Shown here: piece after piece, positions 16,513 to 24,858 of the stretch
How the letters are laid out: every line of letters starts with the position of its first letter
How positions within the stretch are numbered: the stretch's first letter is position 1
Virus record (IMG/VR): IMGVR_UViG_3300025888_000001
From: a virus
Direction: 5' to 3' (one strand)
Length of the DNA: 52,163 bases
Made by a program: the position numbers and the translations under genes
The notes under the pieces: generated by a model
The model's database searches: none
The model's input: only the letters and a program-made list of their open reading frames with translations
Told to the model about the DNA's origin: nothing

Positions 16513-17526
16513 ATGAGTGAAATTGCACATATTGACTGTGGATACCTTGCAACCGTTCAGGCTATGCTTGCCGAGTTGTGGACAGATCCTATAACAAATA
16601 TTGATCTTGTTGCCCATGCAGAAACAGCGAGGGCAGTTCTTGAAAACCAAAGCGTAAATCTTGGTGAATTACAATCTAAAGATAAAAAGCGCGTCGTGTC
16701 TCTCGAATGGCTGACTGATTGTGACGCGGATACTGACGAATGTTCTGACGATTGTACTATTGATGGTAGCGATTCAACCCCTGTATGTAAGGAGTATGAA
16801 GTTGTCTGTTTGCAGGAATCATCTTTTAAGGTAGGTGATCGGGCTTACAGGGAGAGAACAATTAGTTCTGAAAAATCCATTGCATTTCTTTTGGGAAAAA
16901 GAATGAAACTTCTTGATGAATGGATCGCTCAGTATATTCTTACCTTCATTGCTCTTAATGCTGGGACGAACGTTAATACTGGCGGACCGGGAACCGTCGC
17001 AGGAGGATTAACAACTATTCCAGTTCTTGGTTGGAATGATAACATCTGGGGATATATGGCGCTTACCTCAATGTTGAACCAGTTCTCAAATCCCTATGCA
17101 ATTTCTGGCGTTAACCTCTTTCAACTTGTCTATAACAGGCTTGCAGAATTTCAAAATGCTGATGGCAAAGGTAATGTGAATAAAATGGGTGACCTTAGAA
17201 GCCGTCTTTACTTTGACGTTCAGAATGTTGAATCAATTGCTCCAGGGGCCACTTTTCTTCTTCATAAATCGGCTGTTGCATTCATAGGTAAAGCATGGTA
17301 CCCACTTGGAGGGGCTAATGCTGTTGAACTTATTCCTGGAGAAATGGCATACAGCCTTAATTCAAACAACCTCCCTGGTATAAGTTATGATATATTCACT
17401 CAGAGGACTTGCGTCGCTAATGAGTATTATACTGCTTTTAAAGTTCAGCTTCATGGAGTTGCAGCACTTAATCCATCACCATGTTCTGATACTAACACCG
17501 GAATTTTAGCATTTCAGTGTAGCTAA
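16513..17526 (+). CDS. Putative major capsid protein
   Basis: 337 aa, position after the scaffold-like gene, followed by a strong terminator. Start taken at MSEIAH. Confidence 0.55.
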   Translation: MSEIAHIDCGYLATVQAMLAELWTDPITNIDLVAHAETARAVLENQSVNLGELQSKDKKRVVSLEWLTDCDADTDECSDDCTIDGSDSTPVCKEYEVVCLQESSFKVGDRAYRERTISSEKSIAFLLGKRMKLLDEWIAQYILTFIALNAGTNVNTGGPGTVAGGLTTIPVLGWNDNIWGYMALTSMLNQFSNPYAISGVNLFQLVYNRLAEFQNADGKGNVNKMGDLRSRLYFDVQNVESIAPGATFLLHKSAVAFIGKAWYPLGGANAVELIPGEMAYSLNSNNLPGISYDIFTQRTCVANEYYTAFKVQLHGVAALNPSPCSDTNTGILAFQCS

Positions 17527-17527
17527 T

Positions 17528-17577
17528 CTTACTAACATAAAATTTATTAATAAAAGGGCATGGATGATTAAATTTGT
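17528..17577 (+). repeat. Conserved intergenic element, copy A (23-mer + 16 nt + 11-mer)
   Basis: cttactaacataaaatttattaa-N16-attaaatttgt. Identical blocks with identical spacing occur at 30448..30497. Confidence 0.8.
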
Positions 17578-17594
17578 CTATGCCCTTATTTTTT
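17554..17594 (+). terminator. Terminator after the capsid gene
   Basis: aagggcat...atgccctt stem followed by attttttg. Confidence 0.6.
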
Positions 17595-17622
17595 GACACA
17601 ATGGTATTAAAAATATCTTAAT

Positions 17623-18711
17623 ATGTCGCAAAATACTTGTTACGATCATATTTTTGGATTTTCACGCAGCTCTGATGTTTGCGTGGATGATTGGGATCCT
17701 GACTATGCTATTTCAGATTCAGGTAATTATATGGATGAGTTACCAGGAATGTCTCTGAGGATTCTTGATAATGTCGGAGGTAAGGACAATATCTGGAGCA
17801 TGATGGAACGTGCCAGACAGAATGGAATTAATGCTTTTAAGACAGACATCTTTGCAGAACTCCTGAAGTATAATGAATACCGAAGGGAGAAGTTTGCCGG
17901 GGATATAGGTCACAGAAAGTTCAATCAGATTTTACCGCATCATAATTATCATGGGATGCGGATATATTCAAATATACAGGGTGGTGTTTTTACATTAAGG
18001 GGCATTACATTAAATCTTAATTCAACTGAAAACGTTAATCTTCTGATATACGATGAATTTGAACTATTACATACCATCCCGATCAGTTCAACAGCAGGTA
18101 AGCCACATCTTAATTCAATAACTCCTATCAACCTGGATTTGAATGGGGATTATTATTTTATCTACTCTCCTATCGGCAGTCCTTATAACAATAAAATGAC
18201 CTGTGGATGTGGTGGTTATCATTGGTGTTTTAATACTGATAAACCTTGTTACAAAACTTCACGCGATAACTGGACCCTTTGGTGCATGGCCGGAGGCATT
18301 CATGGAAATGCAATAACTCCTGATTCTGATGACATTTTAGGCTTAGAAGATTGGGCCGTTACACAATATACTGAAGGATTACGACTTCATGGGGAGTTTA
18401 AATGTGATGCAATGCAGATGCTTTGTTCTGATTCTTCGGACTTTGAGAATAACGAGATTGATTCAGCTATTGCATGGGCAATACTTTATAAATCTGCTGA
18501 GTTTCTTACTTATGAGATTCGTAATTCAGGTGAGGTCAATCGATATGTCTTAATTGGCAATGATGAAGTTTTGGGAGCAAACATGCAATTCTATAATGAT
18601 CACTATGTTGCTTTAATAAATTTCATTGCAAATAATATTGAACCATCACGGAATGAATGTCTTAAATGTCGTGCAAGTTTAGGGGTTGGGAAAATATCAC
18701 AACGATTATAA
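17623..18711 (+). CDS. Hypothetical virion-module protein (362 aa)
   Basis: Large ORF between the capsid and head-tail genes. Contains a Cys cluster, MTCGCGGYHWC. Confidence 0.5.
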   Translation: MSQNTCYDHIFGFSRSSDVCVDDWDPDYAISDSGNYMDELPGMSLRILDNVGGKDNIWSMMERARQNGINAFKTDIFAELLKYNEYRREKFAGDIGHRKFNQILPHHNYHGMRIYSNIQGGVFTLRGITLNLNSTENVNLLIYDEFELLHTIPISSTAGKPHLNSITPINLDLNGDYYFIYSPIGSPYNNKMTCGCGGYHWCFNTDKPCYKTSRDNWTLWCMAGGIHGNAITPDSDDILGLEDWAVTQYTEGLRLHGEFKCDAMQMLCSDSSDFENNEIDSAIAWAILYKSAEFLTYEIRNSGEVNRYVLIGNDEVLGANMQFYNDHYVALINFIANNIEPSRNECLKCRASLGVGKISQRL

Positions 18712-19310
18712 TGGCAATAACATTTCTTGAACTAGCCAAAGAGTTACAGGGTTTCGCTAATGACATGGCAGGCGAAGAACGTGGAAATATCATGGTTAAA
18801 CTTGCCAGTGATGCTATTGCTTTAAACAGACAGAGAGTTCAGGAAGAAGGGAAAAACGCACAGGGTGAAAACTTTAAACCATACTCCACAAAAGACACAT
18901 TAATAGGCAGGAAGTCATTTGTTCAACAGGCCGCAGCAAATAGTCTATTAGGAAGTAAAGAGAAAAGGAAACAACTCGAATGGGTAACTATCGGAGGTCA
19001 TAAACTTGCTGTTCTTCCCGGAGGTTATAAGAAGATTCGTGAAGTTCAGGGCCGTCAAACTGGGTTTGTTGATTTCACATTAACCGGTCGTATGTGGGGA
19101 AATATTAAGTTAGTTTCTGACCGTTCAGAACTTAATAACGGGGTTGCAGTGATTAAAGCAACTGAAGATATTCAAAAAAAGAAACTTGCCGGTAATACGG
19201 AAAGAAGAGGTGAGATACTTGGATTGTCAAAGAAAGAAGAATCCAGACTTGCAGAACTTTATGAAGTATGGCTCAGTAATCTTTTAAGGAGAAGGGGTTT
19301 AATAGTATGA
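18711..19310 (+). CDS. Putative head-tail joining / virion morphogenesis protein
   Basis: TAATG overlap with the upstream gene. Assigned by position only. Confidence 0.3.
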   Translation: MAITFLELAKELQGFANDMAGEERGNIMVKLASDAIALNRQRVQEEGKNAQGENFKPYSTKDTLIGRKSFVQQAAANSLLGSKEKRKQLEWVTIGGHKLAVLPGGYKKIREVQGRQTGFVDFTLTGRMWGNIKLVSDRSELNNGVAVIKATEDIQKKKLAGNTERRGEILGLSKKEESRLAELYEVWLSNLLRRRGLIV

Positions 19311-19960
19311 ACAACAAAATCGCCAATATCATTAAAGGGTACGTTGAAGATTTAACCTGGATCGATAAGATTTCAGGATTAGTCCAAACGGTTGTCGTAA
19401 TGGTTCCGAGTGGAAAAGACACAGCGGTTCAAAAAAGCTATCCTGTTTCATGTAACATAACTGCCGATGCGTGTAAAAAAGGCGGGTATCAGGATCTTTG
19501 TCCTGACTCAAAAAAGAAGTCGGTTGTTTATTTTGAGGATCGCGGAATACAAGAAGTTAGCCGTTATGGCAATAGAATAACGTTTAAATCTAATTTACGT
19601 TTAGTTGCATGGTTGAATTTATGCCTAATTTCTGATTCTTGTGGCACCTCAGGCGATTATGTTATTGATGTGATAAGATCATTACCAAATAGGCCATTTA
19701 GCGTACCGGGCTTTGTAAACATATCTATTGCATTAATAACACAGGCTGAAAGAGATGTTTCGATATTCTCAAAATACACTTACTCAGAAACTATGGTTCA
19801 GTATTTACTTTATCCATTTGATTTTTTTGCGTTAGATATTTCTATTGACTTTACGATACCGTGTGTTGATGCCGGAAGTTTATTACATCCTACCGGAAGT
19901 GTAGATGTTGACAGCACAACGGTATCTGTTGATGATCCTTTAGTTGCAGTTGATGATTAA
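19307..19960 (+). CDS. Hypothetical tail-module protein (possible tail tube or tail completion protein)
   Basis: 217 aa. Assigned by position only. Confidence 0.3.
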   Translation: MNNKIANIIKGYVEDLTWIDKISGLVQTVVVMVPSGKDTAVQKSYPVSCNITADACKKGGYQDLCPDSKKKSVVYFEDRGIQEVSRYGNRITFKSNLRLVAWLNLCLISDSCGTSGDYVIDVIRSLPNRPFSVPGFVNISIALITQAERDVSIFSKYTYSETMVQYLLYPFDFFALDISIDFTIPCVDAGSLLHPTGSVDVDSTTVSVDDPLVAVDD

Positions 19961-19970
19961 AATAAATGAT

Positions 19971-22900
19971 ATGAAAAAGATTTTAATATTTGGGTTTTTA
20001 ATTTGCTTTTTAATATCCTGTGCTACAGTAGATTCTGGAAAGTCTATAAAAGATAATAAGCACCCGATTAAAACAAGAACTATTGGCGATGTCGGGACTG
20101 TTCCCATGAACGTGGGTACTAAACTTAATGTAGCATTTCCAATTATTAATACTGCTATTGACAGGGTAAATCTTAATACTGCTAATATTTTATTAAGAGC
20201 ACCAATTAATAATGCCTCTCTAACAGGATTAACAACTCTTGAACAACTAAAACTATCTGCCGGAGGCGTTACGATTACGGCCATCACTTCTGATGGGACA
20301 TATATTCATTTCTGGTCAGGATTAACAGAACTTGCAACCATCCCTGGCAGTAGTGGTTCAACATGGGGAACAATCACAGGGACACTATCAAGTCAAAATG
20401 ATTTAACAAGCGCCTTAAATGCGAAAGCTCCTGTTTCGACTACAATGACCACTTCTCACGCTGCCAATGCAATTACATCAACAGATATAACACATTGGGG
20501 TTTAGCTTACGGTTGGGGCAATCATGCTTCTGCGGGGTACATTGCAGGAACACGGACAGTAAATGGTCATCCACTTTCAAGCAATGTTACAGTTACTGCA
20601 GCAGACCTAAATCTGGGTTATGTAACAAATGAGAGCAAGGCTACAATGTTTACCAATTCCTCTTTTACTGGGACATTTACTCTAGGGGGGACTGTCTTAG
20701 CTTCAACAGCAGCTAACTTGAATGTTTTATATAATACTTCGGTTACTCCTACAATACTTAGTTATCTTGATGCTACAAGTCCTATACAAGCTCAATTTGG
20801 TGGTAAAGAGCCATTATTAGGCAATCCACTTGTTACGGGATATGTATTATCTTCTACAACCGGTGGAGTTAGATCATGGGTTGCTCCCGGAGGAGACCTT
20901 AGTATTTACAGACGATTAAATAATCATGATTCTTTAAGTACCTTACAAGAAAAAGCATATAGTTCATTGAGTAGCAAACCTACTCTCGGAACAGCTTCAG
21001 CTCAGGATGTAGGATATTTTGCCACCGCTGCACAGGGAACTGATGCACGTACTCCCGTTTCTCACGCACATGGGAATATAACTAATGTCGGAGCAATAGG
21101 ATCGACTGCTGCTTTACCTGTGATAACTACAACTTCGGGTGTTCTGACGGTCAGCTCTTTTGGTATATCAGCTGGTACCTTTACTCAGGGTAATGATTCA
21201 AGATTAACTTATTCTGATGCTACTTCATCTATACAGGGACAGTTAGATGCAAAGATCAATGCTGATTATGTCATTGAGAAAATTGCAAGTACTTATTATG
21301 CCCGTCCATCGGGAAGTCTTACCGCTTATTCAAATGCGAGTGCTTCTTCAGTTATTAATTCGGCACTTGGTCAACTTACTTCAGGGGGTAAAATATATTT
21401 GAATTTTAAGGGTGTTGTTTGGGATAACTGTGATTCAATAAGAATCAGTTACAATAACATAACAATCGAAGGGTCTGATAAATACAGTGGTGGCTTAAAA
21501 ATAAAGGCGAATAAGGATATAGGAAGAACTAGCACTATGTCAATGTTTTGGATTGCCTATGGCGTGAATAATGCAACATTTCGTAATCTTCAGATAGACG
21601 GTAATAAGTCCAATCAATCTAAGGCGTGGGAGGTTACTAATGTTAATGCGAGAATTTGTGGTATTACTGGTTTTGGAGATGGTACGGATAAGGTATTGAT
21701 TGAAAATTGTTATGTGCATGATTTTACACAGTATGGAATTTATCTTACCAATTTATTTGGGTCTATAATTAGAGATAACGAGGTTAAAGATAATGATGAA
21801 AACAATATTACAAACTTTGCGTTTAGCAGCGTGATTGAAAGAAATAAATTTAGTGGAAGTAATTCTGTCAGTGTTAGTTGTTATGAAGATGATAATATTG
21901 TTAGAGACAACGAATTTGGTAACATGACAGGTCATCTTCGTGATAACTTTGCACTTGCATTTGAAGTCGATGAAGGAGATGCTACTAATGTAGCTACAAG
22001 ATGTAAGGCAATACATAATACAATAACCGGGACTAATATAACTACCGGGATTGGATTGGCGGCAGGTTCATTAAACTGTGAAATATCAGATAATACAATT
22101 GATAATATAACAGGAGGAACTTGGTGTAGTGGCATATCTATGCACTCAGACTCAGGAACTGTAGTTCATAATAATAAGATAACAAGGATTAGTCCGGGAG
22201 TTGCAATAGAATTATCTGGGAGTCAGTCAGATGTTATTTCAGAAAATAATATTTCTTTTTCAACAATGGATTACGGTATACACCTGCAAGATTTGGGAGC
22301 AGTATATGCCACAAATAATATAATTAGAAGCAATACTATACAAACACATAACTTCGCTTTATGGCTAGCAGGGCACTCTACTGATAATATAATAATAAAT
22401 AATATTATAAATATTCCTACGATTTATGCTGGTACAAAGGAATTATTGGAAGCTGCAACTGCTATAAATAATATATATATGAATAATTACGCACCCGGAA
22501 CGAGTGGTTCTGGTTGGAAAATTGGTTGGTTAAATAATACCGGATTATGGCAGACTCATGCAACAGCAACGTCAGATGGTTTAACAACAGGATTAATAAC
22601 CCCCGGTTCCCAAAACATAACAGTAACATCAGCAAGTGCATACGATATAATTACATTACCCACTGCAAGTGCAACAACGATAGGAACAAAAATAACTGGA
22701 ATAGTGACAGCTAATGGTTGCGAATTAAGGGTTCCAGATACACAAGCAATCACTGTTTATATTAACGGAGTAACTACCAATGTGGAGTCGGATATTCCTG
22801 CCAATAGTTCTTTTGAGGTTACTTGTATTGATGCTACACATTGGATATTGAAAGCATGGACGAACTTAGGAGCACCAATTACGGCAATAGTACCAAATTC

Positions 22901-23933
22901 AGTATCATTCATAACAACATGGAATACTGAAAATGCCGGATCAGCAACTAAGGTTATTGTAATACCCACTACCGGGGCAGGTTATGACTTTTATGCGGAT
23001 TGGGGAGATGGTAGTGCAGAGGCACATATAACAGGAACAGCACCAAGTACAACACATACCTATGCAACAACTGGTGTAAAAACAATTAGTATAAGGGGTG
23101 CATTCCCAAGAATATATTTTAATAATGGTGGAGATAAGTTAAAACTTCTTTCTGTTGCTCATTGGGGAACGGGTGTTTGGAGTTCAATGCAGAATGCTTT
23201 TTATGGATGTGCAAACCTGACTGGCACTTATACTGATTATCCAAATACTGCATCAGCAACTTCTATGGCCCAAATGTTTCGTGGATGTACTGCATTTAAT
23301 AGTGCTGTTAATTTCAATACTGAAAATGTAACAGATATGTCTTTAATGTTTACTGCCTGTACGGTATTTAATCAATCTGTTGCAACATTCAATACTGTAA
23401 AAGTAGTAAATACAAATAGTATGTTTAACGGATGTGCTGCATTCAACCAATCTGTTGCTAGTTTTAATACTGCAAGTATAGAAGATTTATCCAGTATGTT
23501 TAATGGATGTACGGTATTCAATCAATCTGTTGCTAATTTCAATACTGCAAATGCGACTACCATTGCTAGTATGTTTGTCAATTGTGCTGCATTTAACCAA
23601 TCAGTTGCAGGATTCAATACTACAAAAGTAACTTCTATGTCTAGTATGTTTAACGGGTGTACACATTTTAACCAATCAGTTGCAGGATTTGATGTAACAT
23701 CCGTAACTACTATGACTAATATGTTTAATAGTTGTACAGCATTTTCAACAGCTAATTACGATGCTTTATTAATATCATTTGGGGCACAGGCAGTACAAAA
23801 TACTGTAACTCTAAATGTTCCGGTTACTAAATATACTGGTGGCGGGGGTGCGGCAACAGCAAGGGCACATTTAGTATTAGCAACAGGTAGTGGCGGACAT
23901 GGGTGGACAATAACAGATGCAGGAACGGTTTAG
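19971..23933 (+). CDS. Giant fibre-like protein: lipobox N-terminus + tail-fibre-like region + right-handed beta-helix + C-terminal 26-residue surface-protein repeats (DUF285/TIGR02167-like)
   Basis: MKKILIFGFLICFLISC; WGTITGTLSSQNDLTSALNAKA and SHAHGNITNVG fibre-type motifs; beta-helix turns such as NITIEGS, FRNLQIDGN, IENCYVHDF, IRDNEV; about 7 repeats of MFxGCxxFNQSVAxFNTxxVTx. Confidence 0.65.
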   Translation: MKKILIFGFLICFLISCATVDSGKSIKDNKHPIKTRTIGDVGTVPMNVGTKLNVAFPIINTAIDRVNLNTANILLRAPINNASLTGLTTLEQLKLSAGGVTITAITSDGTYIHFWSGLTELATIPGSSGSTWGTITGTLSSQNDLTSALNAKAPVSTTMTTSHAANAITSTDITHWGLAYGWGNHASAGYIAGTRTVNGHPLSSNVTVTAADLNLGYVTNESKATMFTNSSFTGTFTLGGTVLASTAANLNVLYNTSVTPTILSYLDATSPIQAQFGGKEPLLGNPLVTGYVLSSTTGGVRSWVAPGGDLSIYRRLNNHDSLSTLQEKAYSSLSSKPTLGTASAQDVGYFATAAQGTDARTPVSHAHGNITNVGAIGSTAALPVITTTSGVLTVSSFGISAGTFTQGNDSRLTYSDATSSIQGQLDAKINADYVIEKIASTYYARPSGSLTAYSNASASSVINSALGQLTSGGKIYLNFKGVVWDNCDSIRISYNNITIEGSDKYSGGLKIKANKDIGRTSTMSMFWIAYGVNNATFRNLQIDGNKSNQSKAWEVTNVNARICGITGFGDGTDKVLIENCYVHDFTQYGIYLTNLFGSIIRDNEVKDNDENNITNFAFSSVIERNKFSGSNSVSVSCYEDDNIVRDNEFGNMTGHLRDNFALAFEVDEGDATNVATRCKAIHNTITGTNITTGIGLAAGSLNCEISDNTIDNITGGTWCSGISMHSDSGTVVHNNKITRISPGVAIELSGSQSDVISENNISFSTMDYGIHLQDLGAVYATNNIIRSNTIQTHNFALWLAGHSTDNIIINNIINIPTIYAGTKELLEAATAINNIYMNNYAPGTSGSGWKIGWLNNTGLWQTHATATSDGLTTGLITPGSQNITVTSASAYDIITLPTASATTIGTKITGIVTANGCELRVPDTQAITVYINGVTTNVESDIPANSSFEVTCIDATHWILKAWTNLGAPITAIVPNSVSFITTWNTENAGSATKVIVIPTTGAGYDFYADWGDGSAEAHITGTAPSTTHTYATTGVKTISIRGAFPRIYFNNGGDKLKLLSVAHWGTGVWSSMQNAFYGCANLTGTYTDYPNTASATSMAQMFRGCTAFNSAVNFNTENVTDMSLMFTACTVFNQSVATFNTVKVVNTNSMFNGCAAFNQSVASFNTASIEDLSSMFNGCTVFNQSVANFNTANATTIASMFVNCAAFNQSVAGFNTTKVTSMSSMFNGCTHFNQSVAGFDVTSVTTMTNMFNSCTAFSTANYDALLISFGAQAVQNTVTLNVPVTKYTGGGGAATARAHLVLATGSGGHGWTITDAGTV
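23187..23760 (+). repeat. In-frame tandem repeats of about 78 bp (26 aa), about 7 units
   Basis: Recurrent ttyaaycaatcWgttgc...atgtttaayggRtgtrc blocks with a 78-nt period. Confidence 0.8.
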
Positions 23934-23952
23934 ACAATAAAACAGTATAACA

Positions 23953-24243
23953 ATGATATATGACTTACTTAAAATATCGCTTATTGCATTCATGTTTTAC
24001 GCACTTGGCGAGCCGGGAATGATCTTTGGTTGGTACCAGAGACTCATATCAAACCTGCCCGAAGTTGTTTGGAAACCTCTTGGTGGCTGTGTGAGGTGTT
24101 GGAGTGGGCAGGTTTGTTTTTGGTTTTATCTGATTAAATATTTTCATTCTTATAATTTGATCGATCATTTATTTTTCGCTTCAGCAGGAATATTTTTAGC
24201 CACCATTTATAATTATATATATGAACACGTTAAGGAAACTTGA
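23953..24243 (+). CDS. Membrane protein with a CxxC motif
   Basis: Three hydrophobic segments and GGCVRCWSG. Confidence 0.45.
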   Translation: MIYDLLKISLIAFMFYALGEPGMIFGWYQRLISNLPEVVWKPLGGCVRCWSGQVCFWFYLIKYFHSYNLIDHLFFASAGIFLATIYNYIYEHVKET

Positions 24244-24706
24244 TTTTAATATTGATAAGAACTTTGAATGTGACGGCAGGAAGTTTGAAGTTACAGACTC
24301 TTTGTCATTTACTCGTTATAAGGAACTACAAAAAATAAGTCTGGAGTTCGGATTCTCAGCAACTTTTGAGGACATATTTAACAAGTTAAAATTGGCAGTT
24401 GATTTTTACAATCAGCATAAATATTTCGATATGTCAATTGTCATTTATAAGATTCAGGAGGGGATTAAAACGATTGAAGATAAGGACGACCCTTCCCTGA
24501 GACTTTGCGCACTATTTATTAATGAGACAGACGAAGACCCGACAAAATACAATGAGGCAATGATGAAATCTAAAATTGATTGCTGGGGAAAGGAGTTGGA
24601 TATAACAAGTTTTTTTTATTTGGCGGCGTCTTTGGTTCCCGGCTGGATGCCCGCCTACAGATTGCTTATCCAAGATGGTTTAAGTCCGGAGTTAAAGGGA
24701 AGTTAA
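24221..24706 (+). CDS. Tail assembly chaperone (G-like, 0-frame product)
   Basis: 161 aa directly upstream of the tape measure. Contains a slippery T-run and has a -1-frame ORF downstream. Confidence 0.6.
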   Translation: MNTLRKLDFNIDKNFECDGRKFEVTDSLSFTRYKELQKISLEFGFSATFEDIFNKLKLAVDFYNQHKYFDMSIVIYKIQEGIKTIEDKDDPSLRLCALFINETDEDPTKYNEAMMKSKIDCWGKELDITSFFYLAASLVPGWMPAYRLLIQDGLSPELKGS

Positions 24707-24858
24707 AAGCTATCGCAGAGGAAGTGAAAGAGATTGATAAATATTGGAACGATATGGTTTTTACGATTTGCAAAGGTGATCCCGGACAAATGAGAGAGGT
24801 TGTTAAGTTTGATATATTCGATTTTTTTGCGTTTGTTGAAAATAAGACTAGGAAATGA
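24221..24858 (+). CDS. Tail assembly chaperone frameshift product (GT-like, about 212 aa; joins 24221..24616 to 24616..24858)
   Basis: The -1 frame stays open from the slip site to an ATGA overlap with the tape measure start. Confidence 0.55.
24610..24616 (+). other. Slippery heptamer T TTT TTT for programmed -1 ribosomal frameshifting
   Basis: 0-frame codons are AGT TTT TTT TAT. The ORF 24580..24858 is in the -1 frame relative to 24221. Confidence 0.6.

Noticed and set aside
17531-17537. TACTAAC inside the repeated intergenic 23-mer, which matches the eukaryotic intron branch-point consensus.
   Set aside because: Coincidental in a bacterial virus. No splice-site context is present.
23187-23760. 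The 78-bp tandem repeats as a possible CRISPR array or non-coding satellite.
   Set aside because: The repeats are in frame within a long ORF, encode a known 26-residue protein repeat, and have no unique spacers.
19971-23933. A diversity-generating retroelement acting on the fibre C-terminus.
   Set aside because: No reverse transcriptase gene and no template repeat (a near-identical non-coding copy of the variable region) were found anywhere in the window.
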